Positions 37,900 to 51,822 of a stretch of 64,000 bases of DNA are shown here, one piece after another. Source of the stretch: Raillietiella orientalis (lineage: Eukaryota); NCBI GenBank assembly GCA_036172245.1, contig JAYWIR010000008.1, forward strand, positions 4,774,001 through 4,838,000. The letters run 5' to 3'. The notes beneath the pieces are model-generated. The model made no database searches. It worked only from the letters and a program-made list of their open reading frames with translations, and was not told the origin of the DNA. A program made the position numbers and the translations under genes. Position 1 is the first letter of the stretch, and each line of letters starts with the position of its first letter.

Positions 37900-39900
37900 C
37901 TCCCTTCTCTTCGTGACCCGCGATCGCCTCCGGGTTTCCCTTGCAGCCCGCCCTGCGCAGCCGGTCGGGAACCCGGCGATTCCTTCCACGGGGAATGGCC
38001 GTCTCGTCGCCGGCAGCTAGGTAGTGTTTCGGGATGCCCTTTCGGTGGGTCCAGGTTGGGCACGCCCTCCGCAGCCGCTCCGTCCGGTGGCGTTTCCAGG
38101 GCGCGGATCCGCCTCCTCCGTGGCTTCCCTGGACCGGGCCTGGGCAGGTGGCGTCAGCGTCTCCGTGTCGCCTCCTCCGAGTCCATGGACTCTGATCGTC
38201 TCCTCCCTTCGTCCGCCGCTCTATTGGGGTCTGGGATGGCGCTGGTGCTGTGCTTCTGTGGTTCAGACAGATATGTTCCGCCTGTGCTCATCCTTTCAGT
38301 GTTCGCATCCCACGGATCTGCCGCCGAGCCGTCCTCTCGTCTCCATCGTGGGCGGTGACTGGGCTCACCTTTTGCATAGAGAGTAGAAGGCGTGAGGCAC
38401 AGGAATGCTGGATGCTTCTTCAAGCGTCTTTGGTTTCTCATCTAGTGCTCCTTCTTAGAGGTTTCCTTTCCCTCCTCTGCGAATGGAGGGAGTGAGGAGT
38501 TTTCTACTGAATAGTTCCGAGGATCGTTCTCGCAGAAGGTGGGCTACTGTTTTCGAGGGATAGGATCTCGGTGCTATCCTGGCGCATCTCTCGTGTTGGA
38601 CCTCCCGGCCATGCCGATCCGCGTCCCTCTTCTGCTGCTGGTCTTCCGCAATCACTGAAGGCTGGAGCATTTGGGATGGACTCATCTTCAGAAAGGCAGC
38701 TGCCGTGCCCCCTCCAACTTCTGGACGCTGTCTCCCTCGTAAACTCGCTTTCCAGGGAGGTCGGAGACACCCCCTGTAGTTGGTCGGCTGCCCTTGCGGC
38801 GCCGTCTTCCCTTCCCGTGGCTTCGGAAGCTTCGAGAGAGTCACGAGATCCCGTGATGCTTAGAGAAAGCCCCATTGCCGGCTCCGATCCTGGCGGACGG
38901 GGAGGCGGCTCCCGCATGCCTCGCCTTGCGCGGAGGATGTGCTCTTCGATCTCTGGAGCTGCATCTGCGCTTCTTGCCGGCCGGACCAGCCGAGGGCTCT
39001 GAGGCTCGCTTACCACTCCGTGAAGCGACGCGAGAGTCCTGCGCGTTAAGTTCAAGGAGGAGCGAAGCCTTCCAGAACATCTTCTGGGATTCCCGTTTGA
39101 AGGGGAGAGCCGCCTCTCCCAAACTTCCCCGTTGAGAAAGGCGTTTGGGGGCTCAGAGAGGGGTGAGGGGCACAACAGTGCTAGCTCCTCCTCCCTCTTA
39201 TCCTCTGCATCCCAAAGACGGATGCAGCACCGCGTCTGCATAACGTCTGCATCTGAGATGCCCCTACAGCTCCACTTCGGCCTTCTATTTCTCTATTTTT
39301 GTCTCCGCGGACGGTGGTTTCCTCCTTTGCCACCGCTGGCCAGACGCTCAGCACGGAAGGAAAAGGGGTTAGGGCGAATAAGGAAGTGGAAGAACTCGGT
39401 GCTGGGAGCGAAAGGGCCTCTCAGCTGCTGCCCGGTGTGGGAGATCAGTTTCAGTGTTGCGGTGATGGGCGTTTCCAGCACTTCGAATGCCCCTGGGGTG
39501 TCGTCGGGGGCTCCTTTAGGGAGGAGCGGCCGTCAGGAGGGTCCGCGGAGGTGGAGGCATCTGCCTGCGAGGACAGCGTGCGTTGGTTTCTTGCGGACCC
39601 TCCGGGAAGGCCTCCTTCACGGCCCAGGGGCTACGAAATCGCTTCGCTGATCCCTCCCGTGGAGCGGGCGCGAGGAAGCGGCGGCGAAGGTGTCGAGTTC
39701 GGGCAAGGTGCAGAGGGCCGAGGCCGTTGCTTGAGGGTCTGCGTTAGCTTTGGTCCGGAGCGATTCCCCTTCTTCGGGAGTCCAAAGCGGTGAGAAAATC
39801 TTCCCCTCTCTTGAGCACGAGTAAGAGGGCTCCAGAAAAGAGGCCTCCTTCCCTGCTCTCTGCCCTTTTCGCTCCCGCCGAATCTTTGCTGCCGCCCTGC
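37900..39900 (+). mobile_element. Decayed L1/Tx1-like retrotransposon (ORF1 plus endonuclease)
   Basis: ORF1-like PFGG..ARIRLLRGFPG..RLRV..LCFCGS (38035-38265); EN-like ISVLSW (~38570), SDPGGR (~38885) and KGLGRIRKWKNSVL (cf. G.GYWKLN.S.L, ~39380). Confidence 0.45.
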
Positions 39901-40999
39901 CCTCTGATCCCTGAACGCTGGCCTCCAATCGTGAGGACTTCCAGAAAACTTCATACAGTGGAAGGAAGGAAGAAAGGGGAGTGATTGGTGGGTTGGCTGA
40001 AGCTCTCACGGTTGACCGTGGTCGTCTCAGGGAGGGTATCAAAGGGAGATTTTAGCGGGAAGGAAGACCGGAGAAGCTCCAGACAAGGCCCCCCTTCCCT
40101 CTGCGGAAGAAGCGCTCAAGATGCTTGCCGGGTTCCCAGATGATTGCTGCTTTCTGCCTCTTTCTTCTGCTTTCTTTTTTTCTTCTGTTTTTTTTTTTTT
40201 TTCTACCATTCGGGCATGGACTAGTTTTGGTGACCAGCTGCTTCTGAACTCCCCTGCAACACTGCTGAGTCCTCCCCACCATCGTCCCTCCTCCTCTTTC
40301 TATCTGCAGGAGTGACCACCCTAGCAAGGCATGTGGTAGGAGAAACCATTGATCTACCCACACCTGAGCCTGCCATGGGGAGGCTCCAGCAAGTAAAAGC
40401 CCCTTTTCTGTAGCTGGAGCAGAAACTCTGTAAGGAAAGGAGGAGGAAGGGTAAGATTCAGCGGTAGGCAGGGAGGGGAAGGCAGCCCGAGATGAACGTC
40501 ACTGGAGAGAGCAGAGGCAGGTAGGTCATTGGTTCCTGAAACCTGTCAGTCGAATTCCATGAGGAATTTTGAATGGGAAAGAAGTGAGTTGCAATCGGTT
40601 GAGAGTCTTCTTTTATCGCGGCGGCGGTGTTACTGTGGATCACAATGAAGACCGCCGTGGTCGTCGCCACCTCCCGCTTCTGGAGAGGCAAGGCAAAAAG
40701 GAAAGAGTCCCTGTTCGAGTCGGAGGATGGAATTTAAATCTCGCTGACTTCAACGGAGAGGTGAAGGGGGGAGAGGGAAGAAAAGAGTAGCGGCCTCTGG
40801 GTTCACGTGGGAGGCGAAGATCGCAGCTGAGTGGGTCTGTCCTCCTCGAAAAAGAGGAAGGGCATCCTTCTTGGAAAGGGGGCTGTAGAAACGAAAATCG
40901 CGTACACCTTATCTCTTGCACGCAGAGACGGCTTCGGAGCTGCTGTTGGTTGTGTCTGGGGATGGGGAGGGGAGGGAGGAGGGAGAACGGCTGCAGCTT

Positions 41000-43900
41000 C
41001 TGCTGTAACGTTGGACGTCTGTGCTCTCTCAGCAGCAGCGTCGTCGTCGTCCCATCCTGCAGCTGACTCTGCTCGAGGGGCACCAACAGACGTGAACTGA
41101 CATGCCGTAAGCACCTTTAACTCATTCAGAAGTGTTCCAGAAAGAAAGGAAACCAAATACAAAGGCCACATCGTCTCCGTGACTACGAAAGCAGTTCAGG
41201 TATCGTCAGGAGTTCTCACCCTCGGTCGGCTAGGATCTCCTAAATGAATGAGCAATGGCAAGAGCTACACACCCCGCGGTGTTCATATGTGGGCAGCCAC
41301 AATAGCTGCTCCGAATACTTCGCGTCCAGTCCTTCCGTCGTTCGGCATCCGCCCGTTGTGATCTCCTGTGTGGCAGATGGCGTCCAAAGGCATTTAATTC
41401 CCCCTCCTCCTCCTCATCATCCAACGGGTAACACCACGCCCACGCCTGGTCCCTCCGCGGGACTTTGCTCCTCTGTTCTCACTCGTAGCTAAGAATGCAT
41501 CACCATCTTTCATAGACATGACCAGCACTCTTCTGCCGGCCGCTCCCGCGGGCCACCCGCGAAAGCGCTCGTGAACCGGGTGCTCCTCAAGAGTGTGTGC
41601 TCTCAAGAGGGCGAGACTGAAGCAGTCTGTTCTGTTGGTGCCGGAGGCGGATCTCTCTGCTTGACCACTTCATCACAGAACTCACGCCGCTTCAGAACGA
41701 GGGCAAGAACGCGGTCATCGCCCGCGGAACGATGCGCAAGAGATTGCACGTGAGAGGAAGGGAAGGAAGGAGAGTAAACGGTGAATTCCTGTCTTGTCCT
41801 CCTCCACCTCTTTCTCTTCCTCCTCCTTCCTTTCATCATCATCATCAGTAGCAGCAGCTTTTGTTGCTCCCCCCATCTTTCCTTCCCGTGGGCGGGGTCA
41901 GCCGTTCATTAAGTGCGACAAAAAGCGTTGTGCATCAGTCGACCCCGCATCGTATGGAAAGAGACCCCCGCGGGCAAAGTTCCCCCCTCTCGTTCTCATC
42001 GAGCCGTTGCCCCTTTCTCCCCTTCCTTCCGCCGGGTAGTAGCTCCGGACTCAAGGCCGCACTCAAGGCCATCCACGACCGCGTCGGTGCGGCAGAATCT
42101 GGCCACCACCCAGAGGAAGTAGCAGACAAAGGAGTCACCCACCACGAACCCCCAAAGAGATCACCGGAACCTCCACAGAAGGGGACAGAAAGAGTAGGTG
42201 CCGCAAGTCAGATTGGGGGGGGGGGGGAGGGCAGGAAGAAGATCAGCAGCAGTTTGCCACCGGTGACTGGACCTCCCTGCAAAGAGGAGGAGCAGAAAGG
42301 AGCGGGCATCATTGGTGGCCTCTTCCGCACAGGTGAGCGCGCGCCGCTCGTGGACGCACCCATCGGAGCAGCCGCGCAAGAGAAGGACTCCAGGGGCACA
42401 TCGAGGATCGCCTTTATTCCTTCTTCTTGCGGGAAGAGGAAACGCAGACCCCTCCCTGACCTCTCTTCTGAAGCGATCCGAGGACCGCCGAAGTGCCGAG
42501 TGCGATGAGGCCCCTGGAGTTCAGGAAGAAGGTGAAGAGGAGAAGTCACCGTATCCACCACCTTCTCTCGCCAGAGGAAGGATCTCCACTCCCTCCACCA
42601 AGAAAAATGGGGCCTTCCGAAGGACTTACCGTGGTGCTGGGTGAAGCATCTCTTGAAAGGCTGGACCAGCGTCGATTGTTCCCTTTCTTTGAGATGGATT
42701 GGATAGGCATGTGAAACCCCGTCGAAGTTTTCCTTGATTCCTCATTACTCCAAATCCGCCTTCCTCATTCTTCCTTGGAGCGGCTGCGGTGGCTGAGTAA
42801 TCGAGGAGCTGACAGTTCGAGGAGTCTCTGGAGAGAAGAGTCATGAGGAGTCATCTCTGGTCCAGGGCGCGACTCGAGGAGGAGATCGACTACGGGAGTG
42901 CGCATCCTCCCGCCGCTCCGCGGAGAGAGGCTGCGAATTCGTCCCGGAGCCAGTCGCAGTTTGGCACGCGCTGAGGAGCCCCCTAGGGGAGACCGTGCCT
43001 TCCTGGTGAGGTGCGGATGTGGGACAAAGGAGCCTCACAGCGAGAAGAGAGGAAGGGGCGAGAAGTAGGGCATGGCGTTCCACCTGCCCGCCGGAGCCCT
43101 TCGAGGGGCAAGCGGAACGCGCCTCAGGCACAGGGAGGAGGTAAAGGATTCCGTGGACCCAGCGGCCAGATGAAGCGACCTATCTCCGAGGTGCAAAGAG
43201 GATGCTCTGCCGCAGGCAACCACGAGACGGATGAAGTCGGAGACCCGGGAATATAACAAAGGAGGAACTTACCAGGGGCCGCTTCTTCCCCCGAAGAGCA
43301 TCCAGGAATGCGACCGAGGTCATCGTGCAGGAAATCTGTGTGTCAATCCAGTCCGAGGCCCTCAGGAGGGCGAAGAATGGAGGGAGGAAAACACTCGAGG
43401 AGAGAGATCGCTGGTATTCTCGGAAGAGCGGTGAGGGGATCGAATCCAGTGGGGCGGCTGTCTCGCCAAGGATAGAAGGGGAGGGACCGGTATGGAGAAA
43501 GGGACCGCGAGTCTCATTCCTCCTTGGGAGTGATGGGTCGATAGTGGATGGATAGTGGAAGCGGGATGTGTAGAACAGGATCTCAGCAAGGTGAGAAAAG
43601 CTGGGGGTCGGCTTAACCTTGATAAGCATGCCGGAAAATCCCACTGGACAGGAGGACCGAAGGGAGAGAAGGGAACGGTTCTTCTCTTCCAAGAGAAAAA
43701 AGGTAAATGGGAAGAGAGGAAGGGAGGGGAATAGATCTTTTCTCCTGGAAAGCAGCGAGTGCCAAACCAACAAGTTGCGCGTGTATATCGCTGAGCACAC
43801 CTCGTTGACCAGGTCTCGTTCAGTGTCGGGTTCAACTGGCACCAGGCGCACGTTGAAGTCGCCTGCCACCAGATGGGTTTTGCGCGCGCCCGCTTCAGCC

Positions 43901-46900
43901 AGCCACTCGCGCTTCAGGGCATGGAAGAATGGTCTCCTTGCCATCCGCGCGTGAATGCCACTCGGAGAGTACAGGTTGGTGACTATCAGGTCGATGGAGT
44001 CATCTAAGGGTCCTCTGGCCGACTCGACCCGCATCGTCGAACCGCACGTCCCAGTCGGGGGCCGCAACAGCTGGATGAAGCAGGAGCGGCCCCGCTGGAC
44101 TGCGTGCGAGTTCCCGACAGGTTCCTCCTCGTATGATGAATAACGTGGGAGGAACAAACGTCCTGTCACAGAAATGATGTTTGTATTTTTATAAATAAAC
44201 GCCCCGGCGTGACCGGGTGACAACCAGTGCCACACCCAAAGTCCTTGGGCTAACGAACGGACGTCATCATTCAAGGGGAACTCGAAACCCACGGTCCACC
44301 CCCCGTTCTCGGCGTCGATCCCCCACGGAGGGATGCGAACCCTCAGCATTCGGTGTCACGCGCGGCAGCCGCAGCCACGTAGCTGCCAAAGCGGGTGATG
44401 GTAAAAGTCAACCAACCGGGAGGAGGAACAGCACCGACATGATGGGTGACCCGGCCCATCACTGGGAGGAATTCAAGAACCCCGCAGGAAAGAAAGCAGC
44501 TGAAGCCGAAGGTGACAGGAAAGTCAGGAAAGCACAGGGGTCTTCCATCCTGTCACAGACGCAGAAAACTATGCCCGGCGGGCTTTTTTCCCTTCCCTCT
44601 CTTCTGGGGACGAGGCGGTCATTCTCACGGCTGCACCGCGAAACAAGGGATTCAACCCCTTGAGTCCTCTCGTGGAGAAGGACCTTGGCGTCCAAGGGCG
44701 CGGTCACAGAAAGAAGGCGCGGTCGATGCGAGCGCCGGAGCGGTCAGACAGCGACTACCACTCGTCTGGCAGGTCCAGCTGCGCTTCCTCCTCCTCCTTC
44801 TTTTCCGGAGACGTGCTCGAACCGGCAGGGGAGCTCACGTGCTTGGCGAAGGACCAGTCCGTGCTTCCCGCGCTACGGAAAGCTAGGAGAACGAGGAGGA
44901 AGGGGGGGGGAGAACGAGCGAGTATCAGGAGGAGAAAGTGGGGGGAGCGCACTGCCTACCGACTCGTGGAGGGAAGGGAAGCCTTCGGTGGAACAGCCAC
45001 AAGCCGAACCAGGGAACCTCGGGCAGGGAAGGGAAGAAGAAAAGAAAAAAAAGAAAACGGGAATGACGGGCGTCTTGGATGGCAGTGTCAGACTTGGATT
45101 GAGCTGAACGAGGAGCCCGCGTGAACCTGGAGCGATCCAGGGATTGGATGCTGGAAGCGGAACCTAAAGGATGAAAGGAGAACTCTCACCTTCGGAAGTG
45201 GCGATCCGCATTCCCAAGCAAGGCGGTGACGCCCAGCAGGAAGAGCGTTCTTCAACCCTTCGGCGAAACCCCTCCCCCTTCCGGTGCGGTTTGCGGCTCG
45301 GGAGCAACAACGGGCTCCAGGGAGTGCCTTCCCTTCCCGAAAGGGAAGAATCATCGCTTCTGTCTCCTGGTTTTCGCATCCGAGAGGTCTCAAGGACGGG
45401 ATCGCGGTCCTGGCAGACAGAGGATCGCCCGCAGCTCTGCTCGCGGCGCCTCGAGATCGCGACTGGAGGGCGCCGTCTCCATAGAGTCCAAACAGGGGAA
45501 GAATCGACTTGCAGGGAGCCAGGAGTTGGCTCTTGCGCTCTGCCTTTGCAGAGAGAGGACTCTTTCGTTAGCCGCCGCTGCTTGAACCTCGGCGGGTGAG
45601 GAGCACTGCGAGGGAGCGCCCCCTACCCGGAGTCCCGTTCCGCATCCCCCTTGCTACAGAGGGATAGTCCCATTCCTCTGGAGAGGTGGCCCTCGGCCCA
45701 TGCTCAGAGGCTTCTGCGACTCCGAAAATCGGGAGGGGGAGGGGGAAGCGGAGGAAAGGAGTCGTGAGCTGTAGAAAAGTCTGGTTGCGTGGCAGAGTTG
45801 AACCTCCTCTCTCCTCTTCCCGCTCCGGCATCTCCTTAGCGCCCTTCTTCGTCTGCTGACCATCCTCCCAGATACTAAACTTCCGCTTTCCTGCGTGGTT
45901 CCGAAGAATGGCTCAACGAATTCCAACAAGAACCGGGAGCTGGGCAACGATGACGACGATGGGAAGAGAGGCCGGCTCCAAGAAGAGCGTTTCTTGCTGC
46001 TGCTGAATGTTAGATTTTTATCGAAGGAGATTTCTTTTTCCCTTCCTCCTCCTCTTCCATCTCCTGGACCTAAGGGGACTGCCTCCCTGGAGAAGGCTCG
46101 ACCTCATAGATGTCCGGCATCCTTCCGTCGCGCCCCTCCGTTCGATGTTGCCCATCCGCATAGAGAATACGTCGCCGCTTCCTCCTCGCGCGCAACCTCC
46201 TGTTTCCATGGAAAGGACAGAAGCGAGGATCTCGACTGACGCGGAGTGCCGGAGTCCTTGGGCCGCCGTGAACCCGGGAGCGAACTGGTGCGTACGCTCC
46301 AGCGGCTCCCCGCTTCCTTCTCCTCTCCAGGTGGTCCTCTCGGCGACCCAGCTGGGGACTCACCGCGCCTCGATGGAGCTGCCCGAGGCGAGAGAGCCCC
46401 CATGCAAAGCGGACCAGCAGCGGCGGGTTGACCAGAGAAAAGTCGGCACCCCCCCCCCCCCTTCCTCTCCGTGCCTTCCTGCCGAAGTCTTCCGCATCTC
46501 CGTCGGCTCAGGAGCTCGAGTCGTGCGCGCGTGATCTTGCAGAGGGCACCTTCCCCCCGAATGTAGATGGAGCCTCTCCTCCTCCCTCGCTCCCCCTCTT
46601 CCGACGGGAACTTTCTGCGGACCCGAATTACTGATCTGCGCTTACCCGCCACCTATCACTCTCCGGTTGCATTCTCCCGGACTCGTTGAGTTTTAGCAGC
46701 CTGAAAACAGCCCTCCTCCATTCCTCCAGTCAGCGCCTGCTCTCCTCGTGGGCAGTGCGTCCGCCGCCAGGACTCGTGACGAAAGGCACGGAAGTTGCTC
46801 CAGCGAAGGCCTCCGTACTGTCTCCGGAGAGGCCATGTTCTTCCAGCCAGGAGTTCATCTTGGGAAGTGCTAAACAAGATTCGAGGAGAAAGGGAGAAAA
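41000..46900 (-). mobile_element. Near full-length decayed L1/Tx1-like non-LTR retrotransposon
   Basis: ORF1: GKRRSVIRVRRKFPS..RGSIYIRGEGALCKI..RCGRLRQEG (46470-46650). Best-preserved APE endonuclease: LIVTNLYSPS..RRPFFHAL..HLVAGDFNV (43850-43990). RT-like RG HQ*CPLLS (cf. RGVRQGCPLS, ~42310) and LESGA (~42050). Post-RT GRRVLVMS (~41525). Confidence 0.65.
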
Positions 46901-46999
46901 GGAGAAAGAAATGACGGTGTTGGCAGTCGTGGTAAGGAAAAGAAAGAAAAGGAAGACAAACCTGGTCTTACAGGAGGAAGGTAGAGGAGGAGGAAGGAA

Positions 47000-49600
47000 G
47001 GAAGAAAGGAAGAGGAAGGGGAGGAGGAGAAGGAGGAAAAATCTGACCAAATCCCTGGCAGGACAGAGGTTTCGCTCGAATCGGCAGCAAATACAAGCAG
47101 GCAGCAGTCCCTGATGAGCACGCAATCCGGCAGTCCATGACGAGTACCTGGACCGAGAAGACGGCATTCGAAAGGCGAAGGGACGCGGAGATCTTCAGCT
47201 TCCCTACCTCACCGTTCCGTCTGCCCTTGCTTTTTCGGAGTCCAAGTGATGGCCGTGGAGGGACCAGTTCGACTCCACCCCTTCCCTTCCTATCCTCAGA
47301 GGAAGGGACCCAGCGCTGGGATCTGAAGGAGGCGGCGGGGATGTTGACGAGGTGGAAGGAAGTGGCTGAGTCGGCCACCCCTTCCTCTTTATGTTTCACG
47401 AAGGAATCAGCCGGAGCTGAGATGGCCTTCGAGTGAGAAGGCCCTTCCCGGATCGGGAAATGCATCTTGAGCACTTCTCTCGCCTCCATTTCCGGCGCTC
47501 TCGCTCCCCCACCCTTCGGCATTCCACCGTCTCACCCTCGTGCCGGTGGAAAGTAACGGTGGAACAATAGGTGAACGTTCTGAATGGAGGAAAGGTGGAG
47601 CGGATTAAGGGAGATGGGGTCATCCTGCTCTGCCAGCGGATGTACGGAAAGAGAGTCCAGCAATCCTCCTTCCCGGCGCGCTGTGAGACCCTGTCATCGC
47701 GCTGGTTGAGGTGGTGGAAGGAGAGGGGGAGGAAGTAGAATCTCAAGGGGAGGGAACGAGGAAGGGACGGAGAATCTCCCGGAGTTTCCCTATGGGGCGG
47801 CATCGGAGGCGGCACCGCTCCGGTCGAAGGAGCGCTTGCCTTTCTCCCTCCCCGGGGATGCCCCGGATACGAGCGATCGCGGAACAGGGTGTTCATGATC
47901 GAAGTGGCAGCTCCGTCACGCTCGCCTGGCCGCGGCTTCCGGGAGGAGACGGTGCTCCTCCAGCTCCGGAGGAAACTTCAGGGAGCAGAAAAGGGAGAGG
48001 GGGGGGGGAGAAAGGAGTGCATTGCCGACTTCTGTAAACATCCCCTCCAGAACAATGGGAGGAACGCCATCGAAGGTCGCTCTCGGCTGCCGCTGCCCCA
48101 GTCTGCTTGGTCCCCTCTCTCTTTCGTCCGAGGTGGGGCTGGGCTTCTCCCCTCGCTGTCCGGAGGCTGCCCCCTCCCCGGAAGAGTCGAAGTTCCGAGA
48201 ACCCGGATTTATGGATAATGATGGAGATAGGAAGGGAGACAAATGGAGGAGAAAGTGAAGGAGAATCCACCGAGGAGAAGGGATTAGAAGGGAGGAGGGA
48301 AAACGGCGTGAAAAAACCGGAAGTGGGCCGAAGACGCCCTCTCGCCTTCCTCCAGAGTCAGGAAGGAGAGCTCTGCCTCCGGGAATCACGAAGAGCTCCG
48401 AAAATCTTTGTGAGGAGAAAGTAGGCATGGCTTCCGAAAGGTCCTGTGAAGGAGGCGACTTCCACAAGCGAATCAGGGAGGAAGGTGGCAGCTACGTCCT
48501 CCCTGTTCCCTCCAATGGCTGCTTCTAGGCGGAGGCTGCCGGGTGGAAAGACGGAGGAAGGAACCCAAGGAGCTGCCGCCAGCCTCCCCTTTTCAAGGGG
48601 ACTTCGTAAGGTGGGAGCAAGAAGAATTCTCCCAGAGGCGTCCTGCTCGCCTTCCCCTGGGAAGGAGGAAGGTGGATGTTCCCGAGCAGGATGCAGCCTG
48701 AAGAGCGGCAATCGTGATTTCTGGATGACGTGGAGTGGGCGCGGAGCATGGAGAGAGAAATGTGTCCTCCCACTGTGCCACCGTAGTACGGATGTCGGCG
48801 AAGGCGGCCGCGAGAGAACGCCCCCCGCCTGGAACGGAGGTCACGCTCCCGGGGCGCCGAGGAGCGGTTCTGGGGCCGCGCCCAGGTGACTGTCTGGTTC
48901 TTCGGCCCGCGAATCGAACGGGAAGGACCGGAGTCCGGCGCTGCCTCCCGGGGATGAGGAGCCGCTCGAACCGTCATTTTTCCGCCCACTAGAGGAGGTC
49001 TAGGGAGCACCCTGGACTCCTCATTTCCTTCTGCTGTCATGGTCCCAAGGTAGCTGCCACTCTCAAGGGAGCGGGAGCACTCCTTCCCGCGTGGAGGGGA
49101 CGCGGCACCTCCGCGAGAAGCGATAGATGTCGCCGCGTGCTATCCGGCGGGTGAGCGGGTCTTCAGCGCGTCCGCCGGAGAGGACGCCGCTGGAAGACTG
49201 GAGGGAGATCTCGACTCCCTCCGTCTTCCCGAAAGGTAGGAAAAAGGGCAGGACCTTCCCAAGTTTCAAAGGGATTGAGCAAGCGGAGAGAGCGGGAAGA
49301 GAGGGCTGGCCCGCTCCCTTCTTTGTAACGAAAATCGAGGGTGCGCTGCTGCTTCCAAGTCGGCCTGCCCCTTATCCGTGGTCAACTCTTCCATGAGGAG
49401 GTCCGTCCCCTTCGCCGTCGACGAGTATCTCCTCACCCACGCCGTCTGCTTCTCCTTGGTTCACTGACGCCCTTCTCCTCAGCACCCTTTCCCTCTACCT
49501 TTGCTTCCGGTCCATCCCGGCATCCTAAAGCCTTTCTTCCCTGTCTTCTGGGGAGGCAGGAAGGTGCGTCCCCTCACACATGGAAGTGAGAGAGGACCAC
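47000..49600 (-). mobile_element. Decayed L1/Tx1-like retrotransposon (ORF1 plus EN remnants)
   Basis: ORF1-like FLPFGKTEGVEI..GVLSGGR (49170-49245); EN-like VIPGGRALL (~48375) and TFTY (~47572). Confidence 0.4.
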
Positions 49601-51262
49601 AGCGACCTTGGTCCGTTTGCTCTCCTTCCGCGTTCTTCGGGACACTTCCGGGATTGGCTGCTATCGTGTGTACAAGCCGTGAGATCCGCCGTGAGATAAT
49701 CCTTTCAACCGGCAAGGGAAAGGGGTCACCTCGAGGGGGCGCTTGTCCTACGTGAGGGGTTGTCCTCAAACGTGCTCCTCCTTCCCCCGTCCCCCCTTTT
49801 CTCTCCCGCGCAATCGGGTGTGTCTCTCGCCGGCGGGAAGGTCGCCCAGCGGGGTTCCCTGAAGCGAGTCCCGGAGGGCGCTCTCGCCGCTTTCCCCTTC
49901 CGACTCTCTCTCGCGAGCTTTCGAGACGCTTCGGTGGTTTTTGGGCACCTGGGGGGAAGATCCACCGCGGAAGGAGAGAGGCCACTGGCTCCGGGGCGCA
50001 GTCGGAAGCGGCAGCGGCAGAGGAGGCGATCGTGACGGCATGGGGGGGAGAGAGGGGGAGCAAGTGAAGGTGCGGATTTGTGTCTATTTAAGACAGGAGG
50101 AGTGGAGATGGTCGCTCTGAACCGTCCGAGCTGACCACCGACCCGGTTCGTCTGGCTCTCCTGCTGCTTTCCAGTCTTCTCTCCTCACCTCGAGAGCCTC
50201 ACCGCCGCCCAATGGAAAGCATGAAGGTGAGAGGTTGCTCCCTCCCTCCTCCCCCTTACCGTCCCTCCCTCCCCTCTGATGGGAAGCCCTTCCCCAGTCC
50301 AGATGCCGGAGGACTTCTTCCGACCTGGACTGGCTGCCCGCGGGTCCATTGGTGCCCCTATGCCGGCACCTGGCAATGACGCGGGGTTCCTTCTCTCTGT
50401 CGTGGCGCAACGTTTTCTCCCTGCGGCGGACCAGACGCGCACTTCTGCAGAGCCGGCCCCATCGCATCCCCGCGGCCCGCTCATCGGCGAGACCGGAAAG
50501 CGTCCTCTTCTGATGTGCATTCCCCTTCTCCTGGAACCACTTCTCTCCCTCTTCCCCCACGGGCTCTTGATGGTGGTTTCCGCCGCCCGTTAGCGGCAAG
50601 CCCCCACCTCCCTTCCCTTGCCTGCCCCTTGATGGATCTCCTCAGGCGACACGGAGGGAAGCATCTTCCACAGACGGCGAAGAGTTATCCCGCAACGCGA
50701 GGACCTCTCTGAGGAGCAGAAGGATTTCCCCTGTTGCTTTCCCTTTGCTGCTACTCCCGGAAGTACGTCGCCGATGGAACCGCCTCGGGCAATCCATCAG
50801 CGACGCTTTCCGGCTGTCCGCACTGGTGCCACACGGACGCCTTCGGCTTCGGTTTTGTCTTTTGCTGCCGCCTGGTTGCGTTTGGCGGGAGCTCCCGGCA
50901 TCCCTCCCACCCTCTAAAACTGTTCGGAAGACAGCAAGATTTGGGAGCCCGGAAGGGAAAAGTCAGTGTCGTTCCCGTCCCTTGGCGAATCCTCTCCACC
51001 CTCTGGTTGCCTCTTTTCTTATTCGGCCGACCTCTGTCATCCCCTCTGTTGCTCTTGAGGATCCGAAGCGATGGCTTTCCGGGCTCGTTATCTGCGTTTC
51101 GTTGAGGTCGCTTCCGCTTCTCCCGAAAGAAAATTCGATGCCCATCCTCTCGGCTTCCCCCAAGAGAGAGAAGGGAAACTCCCGGGAACGATGCATCCAG
51201 CGGCTCCCGTGCCTCAACCTCGAAACCGGTGGAGTGCCCACGGCGGCGACTCAACAGCCGAG

Positions 51263-51753
51263 ATGTTTCCCCAGGTCGCCGTAGCCACTCTGCTGTTCTC
51301 GACGTCTCTTGCGGCCATAGTCTACCGCCCCGACTACCCGGAAGTGGACCCTTCGGAGTACGACGATGACCAGTACCACTACGTAAGAGAGCGCGAGCGA
51401 AGGATGGTCCCTTTCCCGTGGGACCTCGCCGCACGACGCCCTGACGACCACCCTCTCACTTCCAGTCCCCACCGAGATACTCGTTCGGATACAAAGTAAA
51501 GGACGACTACAGCCTCAACGACTTCGGCCACGAGGAGAGCAGGGAAGGAGACTACACCACTGGCGTTTACTACGTTGGCCTCCCTGATGGAAGGTTCCAG
51601 ACCGTGAGCTACGTGGCCGGCCGGAATGGCTACGTCGCCGACGTGTCTTACTCCGGGGAACCCACATACGACGGTCGCAGCCCTAGCGAAGAATACTTCC
51701 CTAGTGACGAATACTTCCCATCTCCCTACAGCAGCCCCGCCTACGATCCCTAG
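51263..51753 (+). CDS. Cuticular protein with RR-2/pro-resilin-type Rebers-Riddiford chitin-binding domain (~135 aa)
   Basis: Exon 51263-51382 encodes a signal peptide (MFPQVAVATLLFSTSLAA) and an acidic linker. An 83-nt GTAAGA...TTCCAG intron follows. Exon 51466-51753 reads SPPRYSFGYKVKDDYSLNDFGHEESREGDYTTGVYYVGLPDGRFQTVSYVAGRNGYVADVSYSG...stop. The true start could lie in a tiny upstream exon, because TTTCCCCAG before VAVA is also a good acceptor. Confidence 0.92.
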
Positions 51754-51816
51754 TGAAAAGATGCCGAAATGGCTCACTCGTCGATGTTCTTGCAACGAAC
51801 CTCTGCAGCATCTTAG

Positions 51817-51822
51817 AATAAA
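51817..51822 (+). promoter_or_regulatory. Polyadenylation signal of cuticle protein gene
   Basis: AATAAA 64 nt after the stop; a second AATAAA at 51872-51877. Confidence 0.65.

Noticed and set aside
36775..38358. Longest ORF in the track (527 aa)
   Set aside because: Arg/Ser/Pro/Gly-rich with no coherent domain, as expected by chance in GC-rich DNA; only its 3' end shows ORF1-relic motifs.
43180..44349. 389-aa ORF as a functional endonuclease gene
   Set aside because: Only the central part is APE-like, the C-terminal SDH catalytic motif is not visible, and the flanks are frameshifted retroelement sequence.
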